Source: Octopus vulgaris (taxonomy: Eukaryota). Taken from it: 64,000 bases of DNA. The notes below the pieces were generated by a model. The model did not search any database. It saw only the letters and a program-made list of their open reading frames with translations, and had not been told where the DNA came from. Positions within the stretch are counted from its first letter, which is position 1, and each line of letters starts with the position of its first letter. The translations under genes and the position numbers were made by a program. Below are positions 13,375-26,273 of this stretch, piece by piece. The stretch covers positions 80,724,001 through 80,788,000 of the forward strand of contig OX597831.1 of assembly GCA_951406725.2 (NCBI GenBank), given 5' to 3'.

Positions 13375-13869
13375 TTTAGAGATAGAAGGCCCCTTCATCT
13401 CACTATATAAAAGAATTTTAAATACTTACTACTTTATAACTTGGCTACCCATGTTTCATGAGGTACATTTCCCGGTTCCTAAACCACGCCGTGTTTTGCT
13501 GGAACCTTTCTTAAAATATAACCCCAATCACCAGGCTCCTATCTCACTTTCTCATAGTTTGATACTATAAACTATATTTTAATGTTTTAAACAAATAAAT
13601 ATGTGTAAAATAGGTTCGCCGGACCCTTACTGTACAAGCCATAATTTAATTCAAATAAAAAAATTACAAAAATAAAAATAAAAAATAAAAACTTACAAAA
13701 ATAAAATAAAACATAAAGATGAAAATAAAAAAATACGAATAAAAATAAGAATTTACAAAAACTATGTTCTTATGTAACTTATGTCTATAAATATAAAATT
13801 AATAATATATAGGATAAAAAAATAAAAATATATACTTGTGATAATGATATAAAATGATATAAGATAAAA

Positions 13870-14252
13870 GGAGGCGCAATGGCCCAGTGGTTAGGGCAGC
13901 AGACTCGCGGTCGTAGGATCGCGGTTTCGATTCCTAGACTGGGCGTTGTGAGTGTTTATTGAGCGAAAACACCTAAAAGCTCCACGAGGCTCCGGCAGGG
14001 GATGGTGGTGATCCCTGCTGTACTCTTTCACCACAACTTTCTCTCAGTCTTACTTCCTGTTTCTGTTGTACCTGTATTTCAAAGGGCCGGCCTTGTCACT
14101 CTCTGTGTCACGCTGAATATCCCTGAGAACTACGTTAAGGGTACACGTGTCTGTGGAGTGCTCAGCCACTTACACGTTAATTCCACGAGCAGGCTGTTCC
14201 GTTGATTCGGATCAACCGGAACCCTCGTTGTCGTAACCGACGGAGTGCTTCC
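13870..14252 (+). mobile_element. tRNA-derived SINE family A, complete copy with TSD
   Basis: Head GGAGGCGCAATGGCCCAGTGGTTAGGGCAGC...GGTTTCGATTCC (A/B-box-like). Direct repeat AAGATAAAAGGA at 13861 and 14253. Other copies: 2119-2490 (+), 17998-18305 (+), 52656-52965 (-). Confidence 0.85.
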
Positions 14253-16207
14253 AAGATAAAAGGAATGGCAAAAAAATATATATATATTTGAATAAAAATA
14301 GAACCAATGACGAATAAATATTTTCGAATAAAAACTATAGCACGAATGACAAAATGCAAAATTTACAAATGATGCGAATGATAACAATTAAAAATTTACA
14401 AAGTAAAAATAACTTAAGGGAGTTTATACAAATTGCGATGTCAAGCCGTGATTAAGAGGTAGGAGGGGCAGTAACTGGTGGAAATAGTGGGCTGTTAGAA
14501 CCAAGCTCCTTGCACTGTTTGGTTATCTCCCCCTTGTGGAGAATATGACCGGGTTTTCCATCCCTGTGACATTGAGAAGCTGCACATAATCCAGTGAATC
14601 AACTGCCAGCCAACCAGCCAACCAACCAACTTACCGCCATCACCACCACCACAACAACAACAACAAGAAAATTGTGGTTTACTGCCAAAGTTATTTTTGC
14701 ATACATTCTGAGGATCAGAGCCTCAGAGACAAAGGACTCTCTCTCTCTCTCTGTCTTTTCTCTCTAATTCTCTGTCTTTTCTCTCTACTTCTCTCTCTCT
14801 CTCACACACACAGGTGTGTACGTGATATAATCTATGATTCTTACGTTTGTAAATCATAAGATATAGGATTTCACAGCTGAATTACCGAATATATAAAAGC
14901 AACACACACAAAATACCATGATGGAATCTTGGTCGATACTATTTATGTCAAGAGGCTGTGATTTTGTGATACATACACACACTAGCTTATATTTATGTTG
15001 CCACTCCAAAATAATAATAATAATAATAATCCTTTCTACTGGAAGTACAAGACCTCAAATTCGGGGGAAAGGAGCTAAGTCGATTACATCGATTCCAGTA
15101 CATAACTGGTATTTAATTTATCGGCCCCAAACAGATGAAAGGCGAAGTCGACCTTGGCAGAATTTGCACTCAAAACCTAATGGCAGGCGAAATACCTATT
15201 TCTTTACTACCCACAAGGGGCTAAACACAGAGTGGACAAATAAGGACAGACAAATGGATTAAGTTGATTATATCGACCCCAGTGCGTAACTGGTACTTAA
15301 TTGACCCCAAAAGGATGAAAGGCAAAGTCGACCTTGGCAGAATTTGCACTCAAAACCTAATGACAGGCGAAATACCTATTTCTTTACTATCCACAAGGGG
15401 CTAAACACAGAAGGGACAAACAAAGACACACAAACGGATTAAGTCGATTATATCAACCCCAGTGCATAACTGGTACTTATTTAATCGACCCCAAAAGGAT
15501 GAAAGGCAAAGTCGACCTCAGCGGAATTTGAACTCAGAACGTAGCGGCAGGCAAAACATCGCTAAGCATTTCGCCTGGCGTGCTAACAATTCTGCCAACT
15601 TGCTACCTTAATAATAATAATAATAATTTATTCTTTTCTACTCTAGGCACAAGGCCCAATCATAGGCACCGGTGTGGCTGTGTGGTAAGTAGCTTGCTTC
15701 CCAACCACATGGTTCTGGGTTCAGTCCCACTGCGTGGCACCTTTGGCATGAGTCTTCTACTATAGCCTCGAGTCAACCAAAGCCTTATGAGTGGATTTGG
15801 TAGACGGAAACTGAAAGAAGCCCATCATGTGTGTGTGTGTGTGTGTAAACATATATATGTGTATATTTACATAAATGTTGATATTTTGCTTCTGGGTATT
15901 TGGACAAAGTGTTGTGGTAGTGAAATGCTTTTTTGACATTATGAGTGGCAGTGCTGCTCTTTTGAAGGCCTCAGAAACATTTAAAAAAAGCCTTTCCTGA
16001 TTGAACCGGTGAGGGTTGATGTCATGAAGAGTTTCCTGCCACAAAATCTTACCACAAAATCAATTCCTTTTGAAACAATGCTATTATGGTAACCCCACCA
16101 CAAAAAGACAAAAAAATACCCCCAAAAAACTGACATTATGCAAACAAATGATATAAAATGCATATGAATATAATGTGAGAAAGAGAGATTGTGTTATGGA
16201 CTCCATT

Positions 16208-16288
16208 AGCTTACAGGTGTTTCTGCTGTAAGATGTAGTGCACTCTAAGTTGAATGCCTGAATAACACCTTATCGCTTCATCAGAGCC
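16208..16288 (-). ncRNA. Type-I hammerhead ribozyme motif (same family as 49200)
   Basis: Reverse complement reads GGCT-CTGATGA-agcgataaggtgt...acatcttacagca-GAAACACCTGTA-AGCT. Flanks also match 49150-49310. Confidence 0.65.
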
Positions 16289-16645
16289 TCAAATATGAAG
16301 TGCAATTTATTTGGAAAAGAGTTACATTTGTGCTCTTTTACTCTTTAATCTCTTACTTCTTTCAGTCATGTGACTGTGGCCATGCTGGAGCACCACCTTT
16401 AGTTGAGCAAATCAACCCCAGGACTTATTCTTTCAGTCTCTTTTGCCGAACTGCTAAATTACGGGGATGTAAATACACCAGTATCGGTTGTCAAGCGATG
16501 TTGGGGGGACAAACAGACACACAAACATATACACAGACATATATACGATGGGCTTCTTTCAGTTTCCATCTACCATATCCACTCACAAGGCTTAGTAGAA
16601 GACACTTGCCCAAGGTGCCACACAGTGGGACTGAACCCGGAACCA

Positions 16646-17007
16646 TATAAAGCTGAAGTTGTCTGTGTATGGCAGGTTTGGTAGCCTTCAACTAACACTA
16701 TCTCCTCCGTGCAAGTTGACCAAAATTGAGAGTATGATAGAAGAAGGCTTGCTCTTCCTTCTGTAGAAGAAAAAAATTCAAATCAGACCATGTTAGCACC
16801 AAAAATTATTTTCATCAAAAAGGTGCTTTTTTTCTATGAAAATCCCTATTTTTTACAATTTTTTTTGACTGCTGTGTCGAAATTTTTCGGTGTATTTCAA
16901 CCAGAAAAATGTTCACTTAAAGAGAATAACAATCTACATAATGCAAAATTTTTACTTTTCAAAAATTCCAATTCTAAAGGGTCGAAACAAACCCAAGCAA
17001 CACCAGG
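16646..17007 (+). mobile_element. Helitron-like element, 3' end replaced by a SINE
   Basis: ATATAAAGCTGAAGTTGTCTG start and body match the reverse complement of 6519-6889. Confidence 0.65.
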
Positions 17008-17462
17008 CGAAATGCTTAATGGTGTTTCGTCTGCCTTTACGTTCTGAGTTCAAATTCCGCGGAGGTCAGCTTTACCTTTCATTCTTTCAGGGTCGATAAA
17101 TTAAGTGCCAGTTGTGTACTGGGGTCGATCTAATCAACTGGACCCCTCCCCCAAAATTTTGGGCCTTGTACCTAGAGTAGAGAAGAATATATGTGTGTGT
17201 GTGTGTGTGTGCATAAGACAGGTTGCTGCCTGATGTGTTGCTGCACCAGGTGGAATGCCTACTGTTATTCCATCTCTCTTTACATTCCGAGTTCACATTC
17301 CACCAAAGTCAACTTTACTTTTCATCCTTTCGGGGGGGGGGAGTCGATTAAATAAGTTCCTGTCAAACACTGGAGTCAATGTAATCGACTTGCTCTCCCC
17401 CTCCACCAAATGTTGGCCTTGGGCCATTATTTGAAACCAGTATATATATTCATGTGTGTGCG

Positions 17463-17495
<33 letters not shown>

Positions 17496-17524
17496 GCATA
17501 TATATACTTATGCATGTATATATG

Positions 17525-17556
<32 letters not shown>

Positions 17557-17558
<2 letters not shown>

Positions 17559-17718
17559 CGCAGGAGTGGCTGTGTGGTAAGTAGCTTGCTTACCAACCAC
17601 ATGGTTCCGGGTTCAGTCCCACTGTGTGGCACCTTGGGCGAGTGTCTTCTACTATAGCCTCGGGTCGACCAAAGCCTTGTGAGTGGATTTGGTAGACGGA
17701 AACTGAAAGAAGCCTGTC

Positions 17719-17774
<56 letters not shown>

Positions 17775-17990
17775 ATGTTTGTGTGTTTGTCTCCCTAGCA
17801 TTGCTTGACAACCGATGCTGGTGTGTTTACGTCCACGTTACATAGCAGTTCGGTAAAAGAGACCGATAAAATAAGTACCAGGCTTACAAAGAATAAGCCC
17901 TGGGGTTGAGTTGCTCGACTAAAGATGGTGCTCCAGCATGGCCACAGTCAAATGACTGAAACAAGTGAAAGAGTAAAAGAGTAAAGAGTA
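17557..17990 (+). mobile_element. SINE family B with internal (TA)/(TG) microsatellite and (GTAAAAGA)n-like tail
   Basis: GCGCAGGAGTGGCTGTGTGGTAAG...GGTTCAGTCCC...GAAAGAAGCC-(TA)n...CAGCATGGCC...GAAACAAGT. Many copies, e.g. 8272-8670 (+), 34050-34420 (-), 34616-34830 (+), 37420-37866 (-), 39445-39842 (-), 53005-53432 (-). Confidence 0.85.
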
Positions 17991-18299
17991 TATATGTGGA
18001 GGCGCAATGGCCCAGTGGTTAGGGCAGCGGACTTGCGGTTGTAGGATCGCGGTTTCGATTCCGAGACCGGGCGTTGTGAGTGTTTATTGAGCGAAAACAC
18101 CTAAGGTTCCACGAAGCTCCGGCAGGGGGTGGTGGTGATCCCTGCTGTACCTTTTCGCGGCAACTTTCTCTTACTCTTTCTTCTGTTGGCCACCCCGCTT
18201 AGCCAGCGGGGGTGGCATCATTTGAAGGCTAAGACAATGTAAAGCGCATTGTGACCAGCGATGTTTAGCAACATCTGATAGCCTGGTCGGTCACGTAAT

Positions 18300-18333
<34 letters not shown>

Positions 18334-18474
18334 CATCATCATTCGTTTAACGTCCGCTTTCCATGCTAGCATGGGTTGGACGATTTTGACCGAGGGTTAG
18401 CGAACGAGGCTCCAATCTTGATCTAGCAGAGTTTCTACAGCTGGATGCCCTTCCTAACGCCAACCACTCCGAGA

Positions 18475-18511
<37 letters not shown>

Positions 18512-18530
18512 CTTAAACATGTATATATGT

Positions 18531-18564
<34 letters not shown>

Positions 18565-18757
18565 TTTATTTAAAGCAGCAGAAAATTCAACAAAACCTGT
18601 TACTCTGAGTTTCACATTTCCTTTCGTCGGACAGTTTTTGCTATTCTAGCAGTTTTTGCTATTGAATTTTCTGCTGCTTTAAATAAAGCATATTACTCTA
18701 CCACTGGTATTTGAGTACTCTTTTTTCCACCTTGTTTCACATTTATGTGTTTACTCC

Positions 18758-19210
<453 letters not shown>

Positions 19211-19733
19211 TAGTCATACATGTCTATATGCCATTTACATTCAGCAAATTCCTTGTGCTGGTACTTAGGTAAATTTTGCATTACTGAAACGGTCAAAACT
19301 AAGCAGATGGCAGGTGTTACAACAAACCACGCCTCATAGTTCTCTCAGATCAAGCCACACACACACACACACACAATCTCACACATATGCACACATTTGT
19401 TCACTCACTCACACTCACACTCATTCCCTTGCTCAAACACTTATTACATTCACTCACACACACACACTCATTAATCACTTTCTCTCTCTCTTACATACAC
19501 ACACACACACACACACACACATTCAGTTACTCATTCACACCCCCACCCCCACACAACCTGTGTTCTTTTTACAGTTTTTTAAAATATTTTTGTTACCCCT
19601 CTAAATTGTTTTTTTCTTTCCATATTTTCATTTTCCTCTCTGTATTCCATTATCTCCAAAATGTATTCTAATATATTTGTTCTCCTCTCATTACAGGTTC
19701 TACCTCCCACATTAAAGTGTTCTTTCCGTAAGC

Positions 19734-20002
19734 ATGCAAGCAGTGGTACCGAAATGTAACGGCCACACCGTTTTCACCCAGTGTGTGCGCTGTGCTCACA
19801 CTTTGACCAAAAATGTTCAAGTCGTATCATCCAAAGAACTGCAACAGCTGATGCAAGCAGTTCAAAATCTCTATTCCCATAACTATTGCACGTCCTGCTG
19901 CAAAATGCTGTCGCCGAAATTGAACCTGCATCGCAACACACGACTGTCTGAATCTCATCAGTTACCTTTGCTTCTGCCCATTGCCAATTTCTTCAATTTT
20001 CG
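19734..20002 (+). CDS. NAGS: NAGS coding exon 1 (putative N-terminal targeting/variable segment)
   Basis: Polypyrimidine tract + ttacAG acceptor before 19697. In-frame TAA upstream of ATG 19734. Open frame MQAVVPKCNGH...ANFFNF ends CG|GTAAGA (phase 2), matching the next exon. No recognisable homology in this exon, so the assignment rests on splice signals and phase. Confidence 0.65.
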
Positions 20003-20984
20003 GTAAGAATTTTTGGATTCAGATGTCAGGCTTTTTATCTATATCAGTGGTTTGATGGTTCTCAACCATTTTTTCCACATGCATCCTTTTGATTCCTCTG
20101 TTATCTGGGGGAACCCTTAGAGACGTTTGATGTTTAAAAAAATCCTGTTATGTTTTTATAAATGAATTTTTTTAGGAATTGTGGATGTGTGATAAGAAGC
20201 TCACTTCCCATCCACATGCTTCCAGGTTCAGTCCCACCACATGGCACCTTGGGCAAGTGTTTTCTACTATAGCATCGGGCCAACCAAAGCCTTGAGAGTG
20301 GATTTGGTAAATAGAAACTGAAAGAAGCCTGTCGTATCATCATCATCATCATCATCATTTAACGTCCGCTTTCCATGCTAGCATGAGTTGGACGGTTCAA
20401 CTGGGGTCTGGGGAGCCCGAAGGCTGCACCAGGCCAGTCAGATCTGGCAGTGTTTCTACAGCTGGATGCCCTTCCTAAGGCCAACCACTCCGAGAGTGTA
20501 GTGGGTGATTTTATGTGCCACCGACACAGGTGCCAGACGAGGCTGGCGAACAGCCACGCTTGGATGGTGTTTTTTATGTGCCACCGACACAGGTGCCAGA
20601 CGAGGCTGGCAGACGGCCACGCTCACATATATATTCCGGGTTCTGGGATCCCTATAACTTAGTGGTTTGGCAAAAGAGACTGATAGAATAAGTACTAGGC
20701 TTACGAAGAATATGTCCTGGGGTCAGTTTGTTCAACTAAAGGCAGTACTCCAGCATGGCCGCAGTCAAATGACTGAAACAAGTAAAAGAATAAAAGAATC
20801 GTAGAAGTGGAACCACTTTATTGCAGATAAATTTTAACAATGGAATCTTGTGGACCCCTAAGAGTCATAGTCCCCAGTTGAGAGCCAATGATCTATATTA
20901 TCTCTTGTCTTAAGCCACTCGGCTGCGGGCCATGCTGGGGCTCCACTTTGCAGCGTTTTAGCTGAACATGGTACTTATTGTTTT

Positions 20985-21290
20985 GCATTGGTGTCGCACC
21001 GAATTATTGGAGACAAAGTGATGCCATCGGACACGAAGGATGCGGCATAGGCAGAGGTGATCGAAGGATTCTAGTCGCTTAATATCTTCCACCCTCATCG
21101 GCCATGACTTGCTGCCATAAAGGAGAATCATTCGCACTAGTGCTTGGTAGATCCTTACTTTGGTGGTGCATTTGATCTCAGATCTTGACCAGAGTCATGC
21201 ATTGAGTCGGTTGAAGGCTTGGCGAGCGAGGTCGATTCGTGTTTTAATGTCAGCCTCACCTTGACCTGTTAGCTGTAATGATGGCGCCAA
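20985..21290 (-). mobile_element. Decayed RTE/BovB-like LINE fragment
   Basis: Minus-strand translation ADIKTRIDLARQAFNRL..W...TKVRIYQALVRMILLYGSKSW....IKRLESFDHLCLCRILRVRW is the typical RTE post-RT region; it contains an internal stop. Confidence 0.8.
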
Positions 21291-21492
21291 GCTATACATA
21301 TATGACAGGCTTCCACACAGTTTCTATCAAATTCACTCACATTGTATTATTAGTTTGCCATTGGCCTGGGGCTATAGTAGAGGACACTTGCCCAAGATGC
21401 CACACAACAGGACTGAACCTGAGACCAAGTGGTTGCCAAGTGAGCTACTTAACCACAACCTGGCCTGCACCTATTGTCTATCACTACTACTA

Positions 21493-21527
<35 letters not shown>

Positions 21528-24500
21528 AACACCTCTCTGATATGTCCAACAGACAAATTGGTCATTAGAGCATTGGAGAAGATACCTTGTGGTATTTATT
21601 CCTATTTCTTGCATTCTGAGCTCAAATCCTGCCACGGTCAGAATTTACCTTCCTTCCTTTTGGGGTCAATAATTAACATATTTACTGCCATGGCCTCTTA
21701 CCGGAACTTATTGGTGATGCCATGTACTTTGTGCAGTTACACTGCATGCTGTTTAATTACAAGAAATTATAATTTTTTTTTTTTTTTCAATTTTTTATAA
21801 TATTTCCTAATTAAACTTAATTATTTTGCACACATTATTTAAATATTCTGGAAACCATTTCAAAGACATGGAATAAAATACTTTCTCCAATTGTGAAAAT
21901 GTACCGCAGCTGGTCCATGTGGCTGTTGCTTGAAGTTTGTGATGAACCACATGTGGTACATGTGGTAGTTAATGTTTTAGTTTGAGAAGACAGGCAGAAT
22001 TATTTGAGTATCAGATGAGATGTCTTGTGGTATTTCTTCCAGCTCTTCACATTCTGAGTTCAAATCCAGTTAAGGTCAAACTTCTTTCTTCGGGGACAAT
22101 AAATAACACACTGTTTTAGGACAGAGGATGGGTAGCATTGCTAGAATGTCAAATGTGATACCTTGTGGTATTTTTAATGGATTTTTGTGTTTGTTCTAAA
22201 TTCAAATCTTGCCAGAGACTACCTGGGTGGTAGGCTAATATGTATGAACCCTGTTTAAAACTGTCCTCCTTGGGTCTCTTTAGCAAGGTCCACATGGTTG
22301 CAAGCGTTTGAGCCAAGTCCTCAGTTTGATGTTACCTTTCTCCTTCTCACTTGTCCACTAGTCTTAGCTTCCCTGTAAGGGTCATATCACTGCCTTTCTT
22401 CTTGGCTAAGAGATAGGAAAAGAAAAGGAAAGAAATACAAAAATGTGGTGCCTTGGTTTTGTTGGGTTTGTTTGCTTGATTGATTCATTCATTGTTTCAC
22501 ATTCTGTCAGAGTTCCTCAATCTACAGATGCTAGCAAGCCTAAATCTTGTTTCTTTTTTAACTATTATATTAGTAATTAACATTCAAAAGAAAATTAATA
22601 TTTTTGTGTCATTATTTTTTACGAGGTGTAATGTAAAATATGATGTAAATATTTTGAAAAGAAACTTTAAGCAATGCAAATGAGAAGTGATACAAAATGT
22701 GTAATGTGACACCAATAAATAAAGACAAAACCATGGTATTGTATTATCATACACAGGTTGTTTAATGGTTCTATTATATTTCGGGAAAGATTCCCCTTAT
22801 CAAATATTAGATAGAAGCGAATGCTTTCCAATTATATATTTGCATAGTGAATGTGCACAACCAAGCTGTAATCAACCTGGGAAACCTCCATGTTAAATAA
22901 GAAAAATAAGATTAGTTATATGAAGCATAACAGAAATTATAACCATTCAGTTGGTTACAGTAATATTGGGCATCACAAGCTTTGTTGACTTAAATCTGAG
23001 ACTTGTTTGGGGACTTATTTCAGGGCACTAAACCCCAAAATTACATTGGTTTTGTTTTTTGCCTATCGCATTAATTTTTTTCTTCTACAACATACTCCTC
23101 CGACTTTTTTAAATGATTGCCATTAAAAAGTCACCAACCAAGGGCACAGGTGTGGCTGTGTGGTAAGAGGTTTGCTTCTCAACCACATGGTTTTGGGTTC
23201 AGTCTCACTGTGTGACACCTTGGGCAAGTCTCTTCAACTATAACTTTGGGCCATCGTACATATCATCATCATCATCATCATCATGTAAAGTCTGCCTTCC
23301 ATGCTGACATGAGTTGGACAGTTTGACTGGAGCTGGCCAGGTAGAAGAAAGACTACACCAGGCTGTTGTGTCTGTTTTGGCAGGGTTTTTACAGCTGGAT
23401 GCCCTTCCAAATGCCAACCACTTTACAGTGTGGACTGGATGCTTTTAAGTGGCACCAGCACCAGCAGGGTCACCAAGTAACATATGTCTGTGTGTGTTCC
23501 TTTGTATCCGTGTTTGTCCCCACCACCTCTTGACAACCGATGTTGACAGTTCAACAAAAGAGATTGATGAAATAAGTACCAAGCTTAAAAAAAAAATCAA
23601 AAAATAATCAAAAAAAGAGCACTGGAGTCGATTCATTTGACTAAGAACTCCTCTTCAAGGCAGTGCCCCAGCATGGCCACAGTCTAACAACTGAAACGAG
23701 TCAGAGATAAAAGAGAGAAGAATCGCAACAGCATTGACCAAACAGACGTTAGTGTCTTTCAAAGTTAAACCAATTCAAAGACAGATTTAATGAGTTCTTA
23801 ATGCATCAATTTTGCCATTTCAGTTATAGTCTTGGATTTTTCTGGTAAGACTTATTCTGGAAAGCGTCATAAAAAAGAGAAGATTGTTATCCATTCAACA
23901 ACCAATAATGTCACGTTTTCTGTTTGCTTTTTAGTTGCAATTATTATTATTGATCTGAATGCACTCGTAACTCTCTGAGTGTTTGTACGGAAATAAACCT
24001 ATCTGGCCTTGTTCGATTGTTTTTAATGGCCTGGAAATGCGTTTTGTAGCTCTTAAGCGTGCTTTCACTTTTCATATCAAAATAGCAGATGAGTCATTAG
24101 TTAAGAGTTGACAGGAGCAGGCAAAAGGTAACGGTATACTTAGAATCAGTCCAACATCATCATCGTCACCATCATCATTATCCTTGTCACTGCCATCATC
24201 ATCATCATCGTCATCATCATCATCATCATCATCATCAAGGAATCGTAAATTGTGGCGATTTGCTGTACTTAAGAAGACGTGTTAAGCGAAGCAACATTGC
24301 TGTCATCCATACATACAAGGCTTGTCCTTTACAAGTGCCTGTGCCATGGAAAATGCACTTGGGCCAGTGGCACTTAAAAGGCACCCGGCATATTCTGTAA
24401 AGTGGTTGGTATTAGGAAGGGCATCTGGATGTAGAAACCATGGCACAACAGACAATTAGTGTATGGACAGCTTCTGTCAAACCGTCCAACCCATGCCAGC

Positions 24501-24528
24501 ATAGAAAACAGGCTTTAAATGATGATGA

Positions 24529-24559
<31 letters not shown>

Positions 24560-24699
24560 GACATCACATAGTATACAGTATTCTGAGGTTGTTGATTGAA
24601 GACATTGTGTCTGCCGGGGGTTTGTACTGTTTGTCAAGTCACAACAAGGACCTCAGACAGACGGTACTTTATGCAGCACACGTGCAGTTCCAAGTGATG

Positions 24700-26273
24700 C
24701 TGACTTTTGCAATACATCTAGATTGCAGGGTCTGTTCTCATTACAAATGGACGAATCCACATTTTGGCACAATGAGGCCCTGTTATTGATTTATGTGAGA
24801 TATATTGAGCACGAGGCTTTTCGGGAAGAGATGTTGTTTTGCGAATCATTGGAAACAACCGCAATTGCAAGGGATTTCCATGGCAAACTTAAACATTATT
24901 TGGATGCGAACAAAATACGAAAAGGAAACTTACTGTCGTGTGCAGCAGATGGTGCAGCTGCTATGACAGGCAAGAAAATGGGATGCTTAAAAATGATGAA
25001 AGATGAAAATCCAAACTTTTCGATTGTCCATTGCGTCATACATTAAGAAAACTTAGTTGCCAAGAAACTGTCCCCTGTTGCTAACGGGATTCTATGGGCT
25101 GTGATCAAATGTGTGAATAGCATTAAAGCAAATCCAAAGTCGAACGTCTCTTTAAGCAGTTTTGTGTAAATCAAAGTGGCAAGCATGTATGATTATTGCT
25201 TCATACAGAAGTAAGGTGGCTGTCAAGTGGAAATAGCTTAAAAAAGGTTCATGGAATTATTTGATCAGCTTAATGATTTTGTCAATGATAAATGTGAAAT
25301 GCTGTCAACAACGGCTGGAAAAGTGTTTGTCAGTTATTTGACAGACATCTTGGAGAAACTTGGAAACTTGAGTAAACAACTTGAAGGTGCAAATTTACAT
25401 TTGCACCTTGTTGGTGCAAAAGCAAAGGTTTTCGGATTCATTACAGTCCTTGAAATATGCCAAAAGAAATTTCAGTCAGTTATAATGGTTGAGTAAAAGT
25501 GAGATAACGAATGAGGCTGCCACCGTAATCATCGACCATTTGAATATCTTAATAAAGGACTTCAACGACAGATTTTGTGATTTGAAGGCAATGAATTTTC
25601 GCTCGTGGTTAACCCAGCCATTGCTGATTAATGTTTCTGGTGCCAAGAAGAGTTTTCAGAATTGCAACCTGATGAATCAGTGAAGACTTTGTTTAACCCT
25701 TTTGTTACTAACACGGCTGAAACCGGTTCTGGCTCTGAGTACAAATGTCTTGTTTTCATAAGTTTTGAATTAAAATCTTCCACCAAACTTTAGTCATAAT
25801 TTATGTTCCTAACACTAGCTTAATGATAACTAAGTTATTTTACTAAATTCTTTGTTATATTTAAAATTAATTGAAAGAAACAGAGATCATCTCAACAGAT
25901 GTGATGAGGTTGAAAGAAAACATCCCTCCATCAGCAAGGAAATTATTGATTCATCTTGCTTCATCTTATTTGGTCGAATGGGGATTCAGTGCAGTTGACA
26001 AGAGAAAACTGGCTTTGAATTACAAAATGTGGCGATTTACTGCTGAAGTTAACAAAATTGTTTCCTCGAATCTAGGATCTGTGCCATATGCACTGGGGTT
26101 CTCACTAAACGAGTCGAGATATCATTCAGCCAGGTAATTGAATTAAAAAGCGTGTTTCTGTATTAAAAAAAAAAAATGTCGAGGGGGCATTAGATTTTTT
26201 GTTATTAAAATGCGGGGCCCCGGAAAACTTGTTATTAAAAAGTTGGGTCCCGGAAAAAGGTTGGGAAACACTG
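24700..26273 (+). mobile_element. Decayed hAT (Charlie/Buster, ZBED8/FAM200-like) DNA transposon
   Basis: FSLQMDEST, YVRYI, EEMLFC, DGAAAMTG, HCVIH and LLHTEVRWLS motifs across frameshifts; right terminus AAAAGGTTGGGAAACACTG. Confidence 0.88.
25692..25910 (+). mobile_element. piggyBac-like MITE nested in the hAT relic
   Basis: Begins TTAA-CCCTTTTGTTAC. An opposite-orientation copy starts TTAACCCTTTCGTTACC near 63100, with decayed relatives at ~32110-32275 and 63410-63790. Confidence 0.65.

Noticed and set aside
13870-13945. tRNA gene
   Set aside because: tRNA-like SINE head continuing into a repeat body with a TSD; several diverged copies exist.
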